Of a stretch of 64,000 nt of DNA, positions 10,901 through 22,540 are shown in pieces; positions within the stretch are counted from its first letter, which is position 1; each line of letters opens with the position of its first letter. Location of the stretch: positions 11,714 to 75,713 of the forward strand of contig JBAZSW010000001.1 of NCBI GenBank assembly GCA_041662245.1. Reading direction: 5' to 3'. The stretch comes from Parcubacteria group bacterium. Its GTDB lineage: Bacteria; Patescibacteriota; Minisyncoccia; Moranbacterales; UBA9337. The translations under genes and the position numbers were made by a program. The notes under the pieces were generated by a model, which did not search any database, was not told the origin of the DNA, and saw only the letters and a list, made by a program, of their open reading frames with translations.

Positions 10901-11388
10901 ACTTCTGGATCGTTGGCTTCAGAGGGGATGTCACTGCGAATAGTGGATAATTTATCGCGAAGTTTTCTGATAGATCCTTCTAGATCTTGCTTGGCATCGA
11001 ATTCAACAGTTACTGAGGAAAAAGAGTTGGTAGATTGAGAAGTAATTTTGTTTATCCCAGAAATTCCCGAAATATCTGTTTCAATTTTTTTGGTAACCAA
11101 TTCTTCTACATCAGCCGGAGAGGCTCCCGGATAGACAGCCGTGACTATGGCTGTAGGTATTTTTACTTCAGGGCTAGATTCGCGCGGAAGTTTTATATAA
11201 GAGTATATTCCCCAACCAGAAAGAAGCATTATCAACAAAACTACTACTCTAAAATTAACTATAAAAAAATTAAGCCAACCTTTAGTTAACTCTGGATTAA
11301 ATTTAAGTCTTTCTAAATAAGCCAAATCACTGGATTTAATTTGCTTTTCTTTCGGCTTATTGCTGCTTGAAGTGAATGTATTTTTCAT
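7960..11388 (-). CDS. RND efflux permease, AcrB/AcrD/AcrF family
   Basis: YPGASPADVEELVT, ALGLLVDDAIVV and GIVVKNAIILID motifs; 1142 aa. Confidence 0.93.
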   Translation of the reverse strand: MKNTFTSSSNKPKEKQIKSSDLAYLERLKFNPELTKGWLNFFIVNFRVVVLLIMLLSGWGIYSYIKLPRESSPEVKIPTAIVTAVYPGASPADVEELVTKKIETDISGISGINKITSQSTNSFSSVTVEFDAKQDLEGSIRKLRDKLSTIRSDIPSEANDPEVVEISLDDTPIVTFELTGPYNGFVLREYAEKIQTELEKVSDIREVNISGGDEREFDISYDPEKLSFFNISPEQANQIVSATNIAIPSGNFEGTKYDYPVRTDARFYNAQDLGNIPILHGQNNSIVYLKDIAKVEEKAIKKTVISRFSNKGDPTQEAVSIQIVKRTGGSILDTVSQSKTIIEDQIKNFPQGFSYFTTVNQADLIKQDFDQLAHDFIITLILVVGVLFLVVGLKEAFVAGLAIPLVFFSTFGVMLATGTSLNFLSIFSLLLALGLLVDDAIVVVSATKQYMKTGKFTPEEAVLLVLNDFKIVLTTTTLATVWAFLPLLMASGMIGEYIKSIPITVSVTLVSSLLIALMINHPLAAVLERIRMTKKFFLLIISLLLLFGIFSITLHNIYGYIFAIIFLAIIFWMLFWYFKKGQNILERNDLLAQQEWKDDELIKKKLLSQGNQESNDFSQKLIHGIIHFDKVLPIYENYLKKITKTKRTRWTFISFILILFIFSMALPFFGIVKTEFFTASDSEEIYVSMRAPSGLNLQQSDKIIQRVEENLYKYPEIENFSTLVGNPGLGGHRIGLTKSSSNTASITIKLVSEKERTKKSYELADEIRNDIKGIQEAVITVSSPSGGPPSGAAFQAQIIGDDLQTLDKIASDLKPILDSISGTINSDISLKDSPAEYTFKLDVAKMELYNLNASLVGSTLRMAISGTTVSKIISGNKTIDIVAKFDETKIPSLESIQNLQILNKLGQPVYIKDVAKIELKPSVESIEHIDQKRVVLLTADAKKTTNSNQILAEFQKKLKDSYQLPEGYTITYGGENEQNAESVASILRAMIIAGILIFSTMIIQFNSFKKSAIVLVTLPLALIGTFLGLAIFGISLSFPGLIGILALFGIVVKNAIILIDKINLNIKSNIPFYDSVIDAGKSRLEAIFVTSICTIFGIIPITLSNEMWRALGSAVIFGLVLSSFLTLFLVPVLFITFIKEKK

Positions 11389-11418
11389 TGAACTTGAATT
11401 AAGATTAAGGGAGATTAA

Positions 11419-12492
11419 TTATTTGTTTTTTACAGTAACTTTATCTCCATCTTGAAGTAGTTTATTGCCCTCTAAAATGATTTGAGTTTCAGCTGTAATA
11501 TCGGTTTTAATTTCAGCCATTTCTCCATCAACTCTAACAATTTTCACGCTCACTTTTTGTGCTTGATTATTTTTATTTATGAATATAAAACTTTCATTTT
11601 GTCCAATAGTAATAGCCGAAAGAGGCAATATCAAATTTCCAGCTGTTTGCGGAGAATAGTTGAAATCAAAAGTTACTGTTACTACAGAGCCAATAATTAG
11701 AGGTTTTTTATCATTGGGCATTGCTTCAATGAGGAATCTTTTGGTAGTTTCGTCCGCTTGAGGAGCTATTTTGGTTACTTTTCCTTCGATAGTGACATCG
11801 TTTTCAGTTATAAAAATGTCCGAACCAATTTTCAAATTAGCCACTTCATTTTTGTCTACGAAAAATTGGACTTTAGTTAAATCGGTTTTGGATAGTGTAG
11901 CTAATGTTTGTCCAAGATTAACAGAATCTCCTTGAGAAATATATTTTTGAATAATAGTTCCGGTTATAGGGGCGGTAAGTAGTTGATTGTCCAGTGATCC
12001 ATTTAGGGCATTTTGAGCAGCGATTAGGTTTATTTTAGCTATTTCTCTGGTCTTTTTATTAGCGTAAGATTGAGTCTTTTGATAGTTTTCTTTAGCTAAC
12101 TTGTAGCTTTTTTCGGCAGATTGAACTGCTGACTCTAGAGCTTGAATTTGTCCACTTCTCAAGCCATTCTCTCCAACAGTAGAATTATTACCACGAGAGT
12201 CAATGGTGATTATATTTTGCCCCAGATAGACCTTTTTGCCTAAATCAAAGTTGAGCTTGGTGATAGTTCCGCTGGCAGTAGCGATAATATTGACCTGTTG
12301 GTCGCTGGCGATAATGGCAGGGTATCGGATACTCTTTTTAAAAGTAGCGCTATCCTTGACACTTTGGGTGGTGATATTAATAGGATTTTTGGTGATAGCA
12401 TCTTCAACAACAGTTTTCTTTTGCGAAAATCTAAAAGCCAAAGTGACAATAACTAAAATAATTATAAAAGAAGCGAATAACTTTAATTTCAT
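11419..12492 (-). CDS. RND periplasmic adaptor (membrane fusion protein)
   Basis: N-terminal anchor, lipoyl-like halves (ATASGTI, TAPITGTI) and helical hairpin; next to the RND permease. Confidence 0.9.
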   Translation of the reverse strand: MKLKLFASFIIILVIVTLAFRFSQKKTVVEDAITKNPINITTQSVKDSATFKKSIRYPAIIASDQQVNIIATASGTITKLNFDLGKKVYLGQNIITIDSRGNNSTVGENGLRSGQIQALESAVQSAEKSYKLAKENYQKTQSYANKKTREIAKINLIAAQNALNGSLDNQLLTAPITGTIIQKYISQGDSVNLGQTLATLSKTDLTKVQFFVDKNEVANLKIGSDIFITENDVTIEGKVTKIAPQADETTKRFLIEAMPNDKKPLIIGSVVTVTFDFNYSPQTAGNLILPLSAITIGQNESFIFINKNNQAQKVSVKIVRVDGEMAEIKTDITAETQIILEGNKLLQDGDKVTVKNK

Positions 12493-12511
12493 ACATTTTT
12501 AGATTAGATAA

Positions 12512-12976
12512 TTATTTATTAAAGATTTCTTTTAGTTTAGAATCTTCCTCTTCTAGAAAAATTATTAATTTTTGCATAAATTTTATGTGGCCAGAAATTT
12601 CTTTTCTAGAAAAATATTTTTCTTTGGACAGATGAAATTTTTTAATTTTTTGCATAGCTTCTTTAACCTTGCTTTCCCCTAGCGAAGTTATTTTTAAAAA
12701 AGTTTCTCTCCCATCTTTATTATTTTCATTCTTTATCCTAATAATGAAACCATTCCTCTCTAAGATAGCCAGTCTTTGGCTAATATTAGACTTGGATTTA
12801 CCGGTTAGCCGTATTAATTCCTTGGCAGTAGTGGTTTTCTTGCTATTTACATAACCAAGAACTCGCATAGAGGATAGCGACATATTCATAGGGCCAAAAA
12901 TATATTTATTGGCCATGGATTCAATTTTTTCTCCGATAAAGATAAAATCTTCAGAGGGAATTTTTATACATGGCAT
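12512..12976 (-). CDS. MarR family transcriptional regulator
   Basis: Winged HTH KSNISQRLAILERNGFI..DGRETFLKITSLG; heads the RND operon. Confidence 0.9.
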   Translation of the reverse strand: MPCIKIPSEDFIFIGEKIESMANKYIFGPMNMSLSSMRVLGYVNSKKTTTAKELIRLTGKSKSNISQRLAILERNGFIIRIKNENNKDGRETFLKITSLGESKVKEAMQKIKKFHLSKEKYFSRKEISGHIKFMQKLIIFLEEEDSKLKEIFNK

Positions 12977-12984
12977 AACTAAAG

Positions 12985-13014
12985 TAGTTTATCAGTAAAC
13001 TATCTGTATGTCAA
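12985..13014 (-). promoter_or_regulatory. sigma70 promoter with overlapping palindromic operator (probable MarR site)
   Basis: Minus-strand TTGACA (13014-13009), 17-bp spacer, TAAACT. Inverted repeat tagttta-N4-taaacta at 12985-13002. Confidence 0.65.
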
Positions 13015-13169
13015 TAATTAATTGATTTACATAGAGAAGAATCAATAAGTTACTAGCAACTGTTTGATTAAATTAACAAAATTTTTCCTAAGCAAGTGTT
13101 ACGTAATTTAATTTTACTTAAATCTTATCCTATATTACAATTAATAAACAAGACGAGTTTTTTAATTTT

Positions 13170-14366
13170 ATGCAATACTCAGTTTCAAAAAAACTAAAAG
13201 TTTCTTTAATAATCCTATTGGGAATAGTGGTGGTCTTAGGGTTGGTATTAATTTTTAAAAAAATATCTGATAATAAGAAGGCTCAAGACAAAATTATTTT
13301 TGAAAATAAAGGGGATGAGTATTGGGAAGACGATTCTAAATTAAGATCTCTTTTGCCAATAGATAGTTTTACTCCCCCGCCTCCTCCTCCCAAGATGGAA
13401 AAGATGAAGACTGCTGGTTGCGTGGCAGATGGGGTATTGAATGATTATACTTCTGGCACTGATGGATTGATAAAGCTTATCAATCGATCAAACTGTTATT
13501 ATTTGCATCGTGCCATTGAAACTTGGTTGGAACCGCCTGATTTTAAAGAAATCACTAAAAATATTCAAAAAATTCAAAAAGTGGATATTGTTTATGGGAT
13601 GTTTATTGCTGAAGCTATTGATACTAAAGCGAATTATTACTATGATACGGGCGGTAGAGATTTTGATTTTGATAAAATGTGTCGAGATGGAAGTAAAAAT
13701 TTCTGGGGGGAGCATACGTGTAAGCCCACTTTATCCAAAAAAGAATATCAGCGATATGTATTAAATATTACCAAAAAAGCCATGGATCTAGGCGTGCAAA
13801 GTTTTATGTTTGGAGAGGTTTTTTATCAGGACTATGTTTCTGATCCATCAATTGGAACAGTAATGGAAAAGATGAGAAAATATGCTGCTCTAAAGGGGAT
13901 GAAAATTGTGATTGGAGCTCAGACGAATGATATTGAGGATGAAAGCTATTTAAGGCAGTTTGATTTTATTGAAGGCGGAGTAGGTCTAAATTCTAATGGT
14001 ACGATTGAAGACGGTCCTTGCTATTCAAGGTGGTATAAACAAGAAGGTGATTGGTGCTGGGCACTTCTTTGGCATGATAGATTTGCCAAAAAAGCCAATA
14101 ATGTTTTTACTCACTTGGACTGGAGTGGCAAAAGAGGAGATGATATGAGTACTTTTGCTTTAATGAGTCAAAATGAACGTGCTCGTACCCTTAAATATCT
14201 AGATGATTATTTCACCAAGAGAAATGTCGGCTTTCTGATGCCGATTTCCGCAATTCTTCCTAAAGATAATGGAGGATGCCACGGGCGATCGGAAAGATTT
14301 TATTCGGCTGATAATAAATATTCTTGTAAAGATGAGGACGCAATAAATAGCTTGTTGGAGCAGTAG
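13170..14366 (+). CDS. Membrane-anchored hypothetical protein (Pro linker, Cys/Trp-rich domain)
   Basis: N-terminal TM, PPPPPP linker, 398 aa. Confidence 0.75.
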   Translation: MQYSVSKKLKVSLIILLGIVVVLGLVLIFKKISDNKKAQDKIIFENKGDEYWEDDSKLRSLLPIDSFTPPPPPPKMEKMKTAGCVADGVLNDYTSGTDGLIKLINRSNCYYLHRAIETWLEPPDFKEITKNIQKIQKVDIVYGMFIAEAIDTKANYYYDTGGRDFDFDKMCRDGSKNFWGEHTCKPTLSKKEYQRYVLNITKKAMDLGVQSFMFGEVFYQDYVSDPSIGTVMEKMRKYAALKGMKIVIGAQTNDIEDESYLRQFDFIEGGVGLNSNGTIEDGPCYSRWYKQEGDWCWALLWHDRFAKKANNVFTHLDWSGKRGDDMSTFALMSQNERARTLKYLDDYFTKRNVGFLMPISAILPKDNGGCHGRSERFYSADNKYSCKDEDAINSLLEQ

Positions 14367-14460
14367 CGTAGCTATTTCAAAAATTTTATGCAATATTAAA
14401 AAACTATTATATTTTGTTTGAATCCCAAGGGGCTACTAACTAAAAGCTAATGACTTACAT

Positions 14461-15243
14461 ATGAATATTATTGAAATTGAAAGTAAAGATAATAAGAAGA
14501 TAAAAGAATTAAACAAATTAAAGTTAAAGAAATATCGTCAGAAGTCAGGATTGTTTGTAGTGGAGAATTGGAAGATAATCCAAGATGCCTTTCGGAGTGA
14601 TATTTGCTTTAAGGAAGTCTTTTTAACTAAGGATTTTTTAAATAGAAACAAGGAGGAGTTGGCAGATACTCTTGGTGAGAACGGAAGCGTTTTTCTGGTG
14701 GCAGATAGTATTGGCAAAAATTTTTCTTCCTTAGAATCACCTCAAGGAATTTGGGCTATTTATGAAATAAGAGAAAAGCAAATTGATTTCAAAAAGGATA
14801 TTATTTATCTCAATGGTATTAATGATCCGGGAAATTTGGGTACAATTTTAAGAAGTAGCTTAGCTTTTGGATTAGAAAACATTGTTTTGGATGAGAAATG
14901 TGTAGATATCTATAATCCAAAGGTTATTCAGGCCGCTAAAGATGCTATATTTAAATTAAATCTAGCTTTTGATAAAAATAAAGAAATCATCAGAAAAATT
15001 AAAGAAAAAGATATTAAAGTTTATATAACCAGTGTTAAACAAGGGGAAAATTCTTCTGATATTTTTAGCTCTGATGAAAAAAAATGTATCGTACTGGGGA
15101 GCGAAAGTCATGGAGTAGAGGAATTTTTAGAAAAAGAGGCGGATAAATTTATTAATATAAAAACTACATCCAAGATAGAATCTTTAAACGTAGCTATTAG
15201 TGCAGGAATAATTTTTTATGAACTATTCAAGCAACGAAAGTAG
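14461..15243 (+). CDS. TrmH/SpoU family RNA methyltransferase
   Basis: DPGNLGTILRS, VLGSESHGV and ESLNVAISAGI SPOUT motifs. Confidence 0.92.
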   Translation: MNIIEIESKDNKKIKELNKLKLKKYRQKSGLFVVENWKIIQDAFRSDICFKEVFLTKDFLNRNKEELADTLGENGSVFLVADSIGKNFSSLESPQGIWAIYEIREKQIDFKKDIIYLNGINDPGNLGTILRSSLAFGLENIVLDEKCVDIYNPKVIQAAKDAIFKLNLAFDKNKEIIRKIKEKDIKVYITSVKQGENSSDIFSSDEKKCIVLGSESHGVEEFLEKEADKFINIKTTSKIESLNVAISAGIIFYELFKQRK

Positions 15244-15254
15244 ATTTTGAAAAC

Positions 15255-16052
15255 TTAAAAGAGAACGGAAAAAATAACGATAAATAAAATTAGATTTACT
15301 AAGGAGTGTTTGTGATAAAAATCTTTGGAGCCGATACTTTTTAAAACGATATCTTTGGAAATAATCAAAATTGCAATTAAGGCGATAGTCCAAATTACTT
15401 TATTGGATTGCTCGTGAGCTATTTTAAATAATGATTGGTAGTCAGAAGAGGAGGTTTTTTCTTTCGAAGATGGATTATTGTTTTTAGTTTGGACGCCCAA
15501 GATGTAGCTGTTCTTTTTATTAGAAAGAGAGCTTAGGGAATTAGAAAATATTTTGTTCTCAGGAGTGCCAAAAACTGTAACTGTGATATTAGATTTTTTA
15601 CCATTAATCATTCCACTTCCAGTTGCAATTCCAATTTCGCTAAAGTTAGAGTTGAGGATATTTTTTTTATGAGTGGGACTGGCCATCCAAGCCTCTTGCT
15701 CTTCTTGGGCATCTTCATAATTTATTGCTAAATTTTCTCCAGCATATTTGTAAAAATAATTATTTTTATCAAACCAATACCAAGGAGTTGTCCCGCTAGG
15801 GGAAGTATGAGAAAAGTAATGATTTGCTATCATGTCATTAGCTTTGGATTGAGCTACTTTTTTTAAGGTAGAGTTCTCATTTAAGGGAAATAAATTATTT
15901 TGAGTACGACTAGTATTAATTAGATTTATTACATTTTGGGAATTTATTTCTTGAGCGTAAGCGGTATTTGAATAAAATAAAGAAAGTAAAACTCCCGTGC
16001 TTATAAAAAGCCCCAGTCGGATAATATCTAGTTTTGCAATTGTATTTGTCAT
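15255..16052 (-). CDS. CAP (SCP) domain protein
   Basis: YFSHTSP, AGENLA and WMASPTHKKNIL motifs; start placed at MTNT (16052). Confidence 0.9.
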   Translation of the reverse strand: MTNTIAKLDIIRLGLFISTGVLLSLFYSNTAYAQEINSQNVINLINTSRTQNNLFPLNENSTLKKVAQSKANDMIANHYFSHTSPSGTTPWYWFDKNNYFYKYAGENLAINYEDAQEEQEAWMASPTHKKNILNSNFSEIGIATGSGMINGKKSNITVTVFGTPENKIFSNSLSSLSNKKNSYILGVQTKNNNPSSKEKTSSSDYQSLFKIAHEQSNKVIWTIALIAILIISKDIVLKSIGSKDFYHKHSLVNLILFIVIFSVLF

Positions 16053-16368
16053 AAAAATCAAATAAAAAAGCCGTTCCACCCATTTATCCTGCCTTTTTAG
16101 GGGCAAAAATGCGAAACGACGCTAATTTCTTAACTTTTCCTAATTCATTATTACAACTTGATTATAGCACAAAACATAGAAAAAATCAAGTAAATATGGA
16201 TGTGTCTTAATGCTGATGCTCTTTTAAAATCGAAAAATATGTGCTAGAATAAATGGGTTAAGTACTCAGGCCTTTAACTGAGGGTTGAGTTGGCAAATAT
16301 AAAGTATTACTAAAATAACAATAAATTTTCTAATAAGATTTACGTATCTGTATTTTTATGATGCGTAA

Positions 16369-18414
<2,046 letters not shown>

Positions 18415-18515
18415 TCTATAAATTTCAAAATTCCAATTTCAAATTTCAAATGAATTTTAAATGACTGAAATTCAAAACGAAAAACTTCTCAATAGAATGG
18501 GGAGTTTTTTTAAAA

Positions 18516-18815
18516 TTATTTTAGCCAGTTTATAATTCTAATATTATTTTTCTCCATCAAAACGACAACGTATGTTCCGCACCAAGATCCCAGCGCTAGA
18601 GGGATTATGTATAAAAAATTATTAACATAATTGATAACGCCAAAAGCCAAGAGAAAATGCATTACAAATCCAGTATTTGCAGAAGCAAAGGGCTTTTTCT
18701 TAATTACTGAATAGGTGTAATAGGCATATAGTCCATCAATGATAAAATATGAAAAAAATATTACCCCCGCAAGCGCAAAATTAAAAATTTTCCAATGATT
18801 AATTAGATTATCCAT
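18516..18815 (-). CDS. Small membrane protein
   Basis: Likely start MDNLINHW, with three hydrophobic segments. The upstream part of the tracked ORF overlaps tRNA-Gly. Confidence 0.7.
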   Translation of the reverse strand: MDNLINHWKIFNFALAGVIFFSYFIIDGLYAYYTYSVIKKKPFASANTGFVMHFLLAFGVINYVNNFLYIIPLALGSWCGTYVVVLMEKNNIRIINWLK

Positions 18816-18891
18816 AATATACACATTATACCTAGTTATAATTATCTTAGCCAGCAATAAAAAACAAGACCCTTCATAGTCTTGTTTTCTT

Positions 18892-18906
18892 ATCTGAGCG
18901 GGTGAA
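18892..18906 (-). repeat. Direct repeat of the tRNA-Gly 3' end (att-like)
   Basis: atctgagcgggtgaa also occurs at 19081-19095. Confidence 0.8.
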
Positions 18907-19085
18907 AGAAATCCTTTTCCTCCGTCATTCGGCGTGCCTCTCGGCACATGTCTCATTTCCTCTTCCAAAGCCTGGGTTTTTAAAAATGCAAAACTGTTTG
19001 CTTTTTTAAAATACTCTTCGATTCCCTTCACGCCCAAAAATAAAACAAAACTGTGCGAAAAGCACAGTTCTGTTTTATTAATCTG

Positions 19086-19158
19086 AGCGGGTGAAGGGAA
19101 TCGAACCCTCGTCCTCAGCTTGGAAGGCTGATATAATAAGCCACTATACGACACCCGC
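19086..19158 (-). tRNA. tRNA-Gly(TCC)
   Basis: GCGGGTG/CACCCGC acceptor stem, TCC anticodon loop, GTTCGATTC, U73; CCA not encoded. Confidence 0.95.
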
Positions 19159-19397
19159 TTACGCTACGCTTCAGCGAGGCAAAGCCCGCTTTTGTTATAT
19201 TCTTATGTGTACCTTTAGTATTATAGACAAAAATAAAAATTTGTCCAGTTTTTAAATTGAGAATAGAAAAAAATATTTTAAAGTTAATCTTGAAAAAATA
19301 TTGACTTACTGTTTAGAATATGTCAAAATGAACAGTTGTCAAAATCAATGATGATAACTGTGGAAATTATCTAAGAGTACTTTAAAAGGAGAATAAC

Positions 19398-20588
19398 ATG
19401 CGTAAAAATACAGATACTCAAGAAAAACGGCGGCAACTTGTAAAAATGCTTTATGAGAGTGGAATTTCAATGGCATGGATCGCAGACTGGCTTGGAATAA
19501 ACGCACGTACTGTTTGCAATGATGTCTTAAGGGATAAAATGGTTGCTTTTCAGGGCAAAAAGAAGAAAGAGATCTGGGTTAATGTTTTAGGGAAATATGT
19601 CTCACTTTTCAATAGTGAAGATGTACTTCAAAAAGAGGTGAGTCTTCTTATGGCTGAATGGTTAAATATTAGTCGTATGGATGGAACATTCAAAATTCTT
19701 GATGGTGTCGCTCTTTTCTTGAATCATCCTCAAATTTCAGATCAAGAGAAAGGTTTTCTTGATTTGATCTGGATGCTTAGAGGAAAAGTAGATGTCAAAC
19801 ATCCAGCCAAAGAAGTTTGGGAAGAATATCTCGAGCGGGAACTTTTTCACAAAAAAAAGGTTACTCCAGGATGTACTTATTACGATTTTCTCGGCTATGA
19901 ATCGGGTCCAAAAAATTTGGAAGAATTGATTAGCGGATTCTATCAATTCTGGGCAAATACTCAGCGTCAGAATATTGGAGCGGATTGGACAGATAACCGG
20001 CATGTGAGTGAAGTATTTGATGAAATGTTGGGAACACTAGAATTTCGTCGTGATGAGCAGGTGCTGAGAAAATTATTTGGCATTGGTTGCAAATCATGTA
20101 GTCAAAAAGAAACGGCTAAAGAGTTGGGCATCAACAGTCCTCAGCGAATCGTGCCTATTAAGAAAAGAGCTTTGAGTCAGTTGCGCTTTTCTCCTGAAAA
20201 ACGTAAATTAGAAAAGCTGTATTATTTGCCGGAAAAAACAGTAGACCCAGAAAAAGTGATTGTTGCATTGCGGGCGGAGGTAGCGGAGCTTAAAAGAGAT
20301 ATAAATTGTTCCAAAGAAAAAATTGTCCAAAAAGAAATCTTTGAAAGTCTTTGTTATCGAAGCATTGAGGAGCTTGAATTATCAATTCGATCACTTAATT
20401 GTTGCAGAAATAATGATATTAATCTGATCGGAGAGTTAGTTCAATGCACTGAAGTGCAACTATTGAAAATGAAGAATTTCGGGCGTAAATCATTGCATGA
20501 AATTAAGGCTATTCTTGCAGAAAAAGGTTTAGCGCTTGGGATGAAAATTGAACATTGGCCCGATGAAGAAACGTTTCGGGAGATGTAG
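19398..20588 (+). CDS. HTH + sigma70 region 4-like + RNA polymerase alpha C-terminal domain fusion protein
   Basis: N-terminal [19 protein letters not shown]; middle [33 protein letters not shown]; C-terminal [30 protein letters not shown]. Confidence 0.85.
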   Translation: MRKNTDTQEKRRQLVKMLYESGISMAWIADWLGINARTVCNDVLRDKMVAFQGKKKKEIWVNVLGKYVSLFNSEDVLQKEVSLLMAEWLNISRMDGTFKILDGVALFLNHPQISDQEKGFLDLIWMLRGKVDVKHPAKEVWEEYLERELFHKKKVTPGCTYYDFLGYESGPKNLEELISGFYQFWANTQRQNIGADWTDNRHVSEVFDEMLGTLEFRRDEQVLRKLFGIGCKSCSQKETAKELGINSPQRIVPIKKRALSQLRFSPEKRKLEKLYYLPEKTVDPEKVIVALRAEVAELKRDINCSKEKIVQKEIFESLCYRSIEELELSIRSLNCCRNNDINLIGELVQCTEVQLLKMKNFGRKSLHEIKAILAEKGLALGMKIEHWPDEETFREM

Positions 20589-20712
20589 ATATGAAGTTAG
20601 ACTGAATTTTTTTCTTGTTCAAATAACCGTCGAGTAGCTATTCAGTTAGTTCGGCGGTTTTTTTAATATTGACTGCTTAATATTTGACCTATATTATAGA
20701 TAAGTAATGTTT

Positions 20713-20785
20713 GGGCCATTAGCTCATCTGGTAGAGTGCTCCCATGGCATGGGAGAGGTGGCCGGTTCGAGTCCGGCATGGTCCA
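20713..20785 (+). tRNA. tRNA-Ala(GGC)
   Basis: Cloverleaf with G3-U70, A32-U38, GGC anticodon and A73. Confidence 0.96.
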
Positions 20786-20902
20786 CTGTCCGTAGGAAAT
20801 TTCCAAATCCCAATTTCCAAACAAATATTAAATATCAAATTCCAAATTTAAAAAATAATTCGTTAATGCGTTAACTCGTTAATTAAATAATAAATCAAAA
20901 AT

Positions 20903-21421
20903 ATGAAAACAAATATTTTAATCGCAATTTTATTGGTAGTGGGAGGAATTTTTGTTTATAAATATGTTAATAATTGGGATATTAATTTAGATTCTGGCAA
21001 AGAGGAATCTCAAAATGTTAAAGAGGAAGTAAAAAAAATAGCTAAAGAAGAAAAAACTAATTCACAAGTAAATAATAATGGTAATCAAAAAAATATGGAT
21101 CTAAAAATCGAAACTACCCAAGAGGGAACAGGGGATAGAAAAACAAAAGCAGGAGATGCAATTTCAGTTCACTATACTGGAAAGCTAGCTGACGGAACCA
21201 AATTTGATTCTAGTGTAGATAGGGGAACCCCTTTTGAATTTACAATTGGACAGGGGATGGTTATCGCTGGTTGGGAGAAAGGACTGCTTGATATGAAAGT
21301 GGGAGAAAAAAGAATTTTGACTATTCCTGCCGACATGGGTTATGGAGCCCAAGGAGCAGGCGGAGTAATCCCGCCCAATGCTACATTAATCTTTGAGGTG
21401 GAGCTTGTAGGAATTAAGTAA
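20903..21421 (+). CDS. FKBP-type peptidyl-prolyl isomerase, membrane-anchored
   Basis: VHYTGKL..FDSS..RG.PF, GWEKG and [13 protein letters not shown] motifs. Confidence 0.95.
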   Translation: MKTNILIAILLVVGGIFVYKYVNNWDINLDSGKEESQNVKEEVKKIAKEEKTNSQVNNNGNQKNMDLKIETTQEGTGDRKTKAGDAISVHYTGKLADGTKFDSSVDRGTPFEFTIGQGMVIAGWEKGLLDMKVGEKRILTIPADMGYGAQGAGGVIPPNATLIFEVELVGIK

Positions 21422-21684
21422 AAAATAGTTTATAAAGTTTGTAAAGTATTGAAAAATATTTTTTGACTTGTGTCAAAAAATATGCTATACTTAAAGAGTT
21501 AAAAAAACGGGTGTGCCATAAAAAGCCCCGTTTTTTATTTATTTGGAAAAGAATCTAATAAATGTTATACTTTAGTAAAATAACTTGTAACTTAATCTAG
21601 ATTAAATAGCCCAATGCTATAATTTTAGCAGTTTATTCTGTCAGATTGTGGCAACCTAAGCTATTTTATGTGGGAACAAGAAAA

Positions 21685-21978
21685 ATGAAAACAAAAAAAG
21701 AAGAAACGGGGAATGCTTGGAAGGATATGACTCAAGTTTTTGTGTCTAATATCTTGGCTAAAGTAGGGGATAATATTTCTACAAAAATTCAGAATTGGTT
21801 TAACGATATAAAAAGGAGGACTATGGGAGCCTTACTTTCAGTGATAGGTTTGATTTTTGTCTTAGTCTGTTTTTCTCTGTACATTAATACTTTCGTCAGT
21901 GAATCAGCTAACTGGGTAGGTTATGGAGTAGTGGGGATATTGATATTGAGCGCAGGATATTTGTTAAGTAAAAAATAA
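21685..21978 (+). CDS. Small two-TM membrane protein (YqjE/holin-like)
   Basis: Two hydrophobic segments; precedes a DUF883-like gene. ATG at 21685. Confidence 0.6.
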   Translation: MKTKKEETGNAWKDMTQVFVSNILAKVGDNISTKIQNWFNDIKRRTMGALLSVIGLIFVLVCFSLYINTFVSESANWVGYGVVGILILSAGYLLSKK

Positions 21979-22032
21979 TTAATTATTAATTTATCTTTTG
22001 TTAAAATAAGGATTTAACAGAGACAAATAAAA

Positions 22033-22317
22033 ATGGATACAAAAGAAGTAAATAAGGAGTTGAAAAAAGAAGTGAAAAAAGTAAAAAAAGTGGTAAACGC
22101 CAATATAGCGAAAGCTAAAGAAACAGGAGCAATGTTAGAAGGCGTAGCAATGAAAGAGTTAAAAAAGATTGAAAAAGAATTAGAATCAACTTCCAAAAAA
22201 GTCGGAATTTACATAAAGAAGAATCCAGAGAAGGCAGCGATGATTGCTGCTGGAATTGGTGCCGCTTTAGGAACAGTGGCTGGATTATTTATGGGAGGTA
22301 CAAAGAAAAAAAAATAA
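22033..22317 (+). CDS. ElaB/YqjD (DUF883)-like tail-anchored protein
   Basis: Lys/Glu-rich helix followed by YIKKNPEKAAMIAAGIGAALG. Confidence 0.7.
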   Translation: MDTKEVNKELKKEVKKVKKVVNANIAKAKETGAMLEGVAMKELKKIEKELESTSKKVGIYIKKNPEKAAMIAAGIGAALGTVAGLFMGGTKKKK

Positions 22318-22540
22318 TATTCCTCAATGTAATAAAGGAAGTGGCCATAAAATAATTTGGTCACTTTTTGTTTTTGAGAAATGATGTTAAAGTCATCAAG
22401 TTAAAAGTCATTGGTCAATGCCCATCAAATGCTGGCTGATTGCGATTGACTGGTGACTTGCTGGATAGTTATTTTATGTTATGTTGAAATTTTAGAAAAA
22501 ATGTGGTACTATTTTTTGAAGCTTGCTATAATATTTTTTT

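Noticed and set aside
18816-19154. N-terminal 113 aa of the tracked 212-aa ORF
   Set aside because: Runs through tRNA-Gly and its terminator; the real gene likely starts at 18815.
19398-20588. Annotation as rpoA or as a sigma factor
   Set aside because: Lacks the alpha N-terminal domain and sigma region 2, and is outside the ribosomal protein operon.
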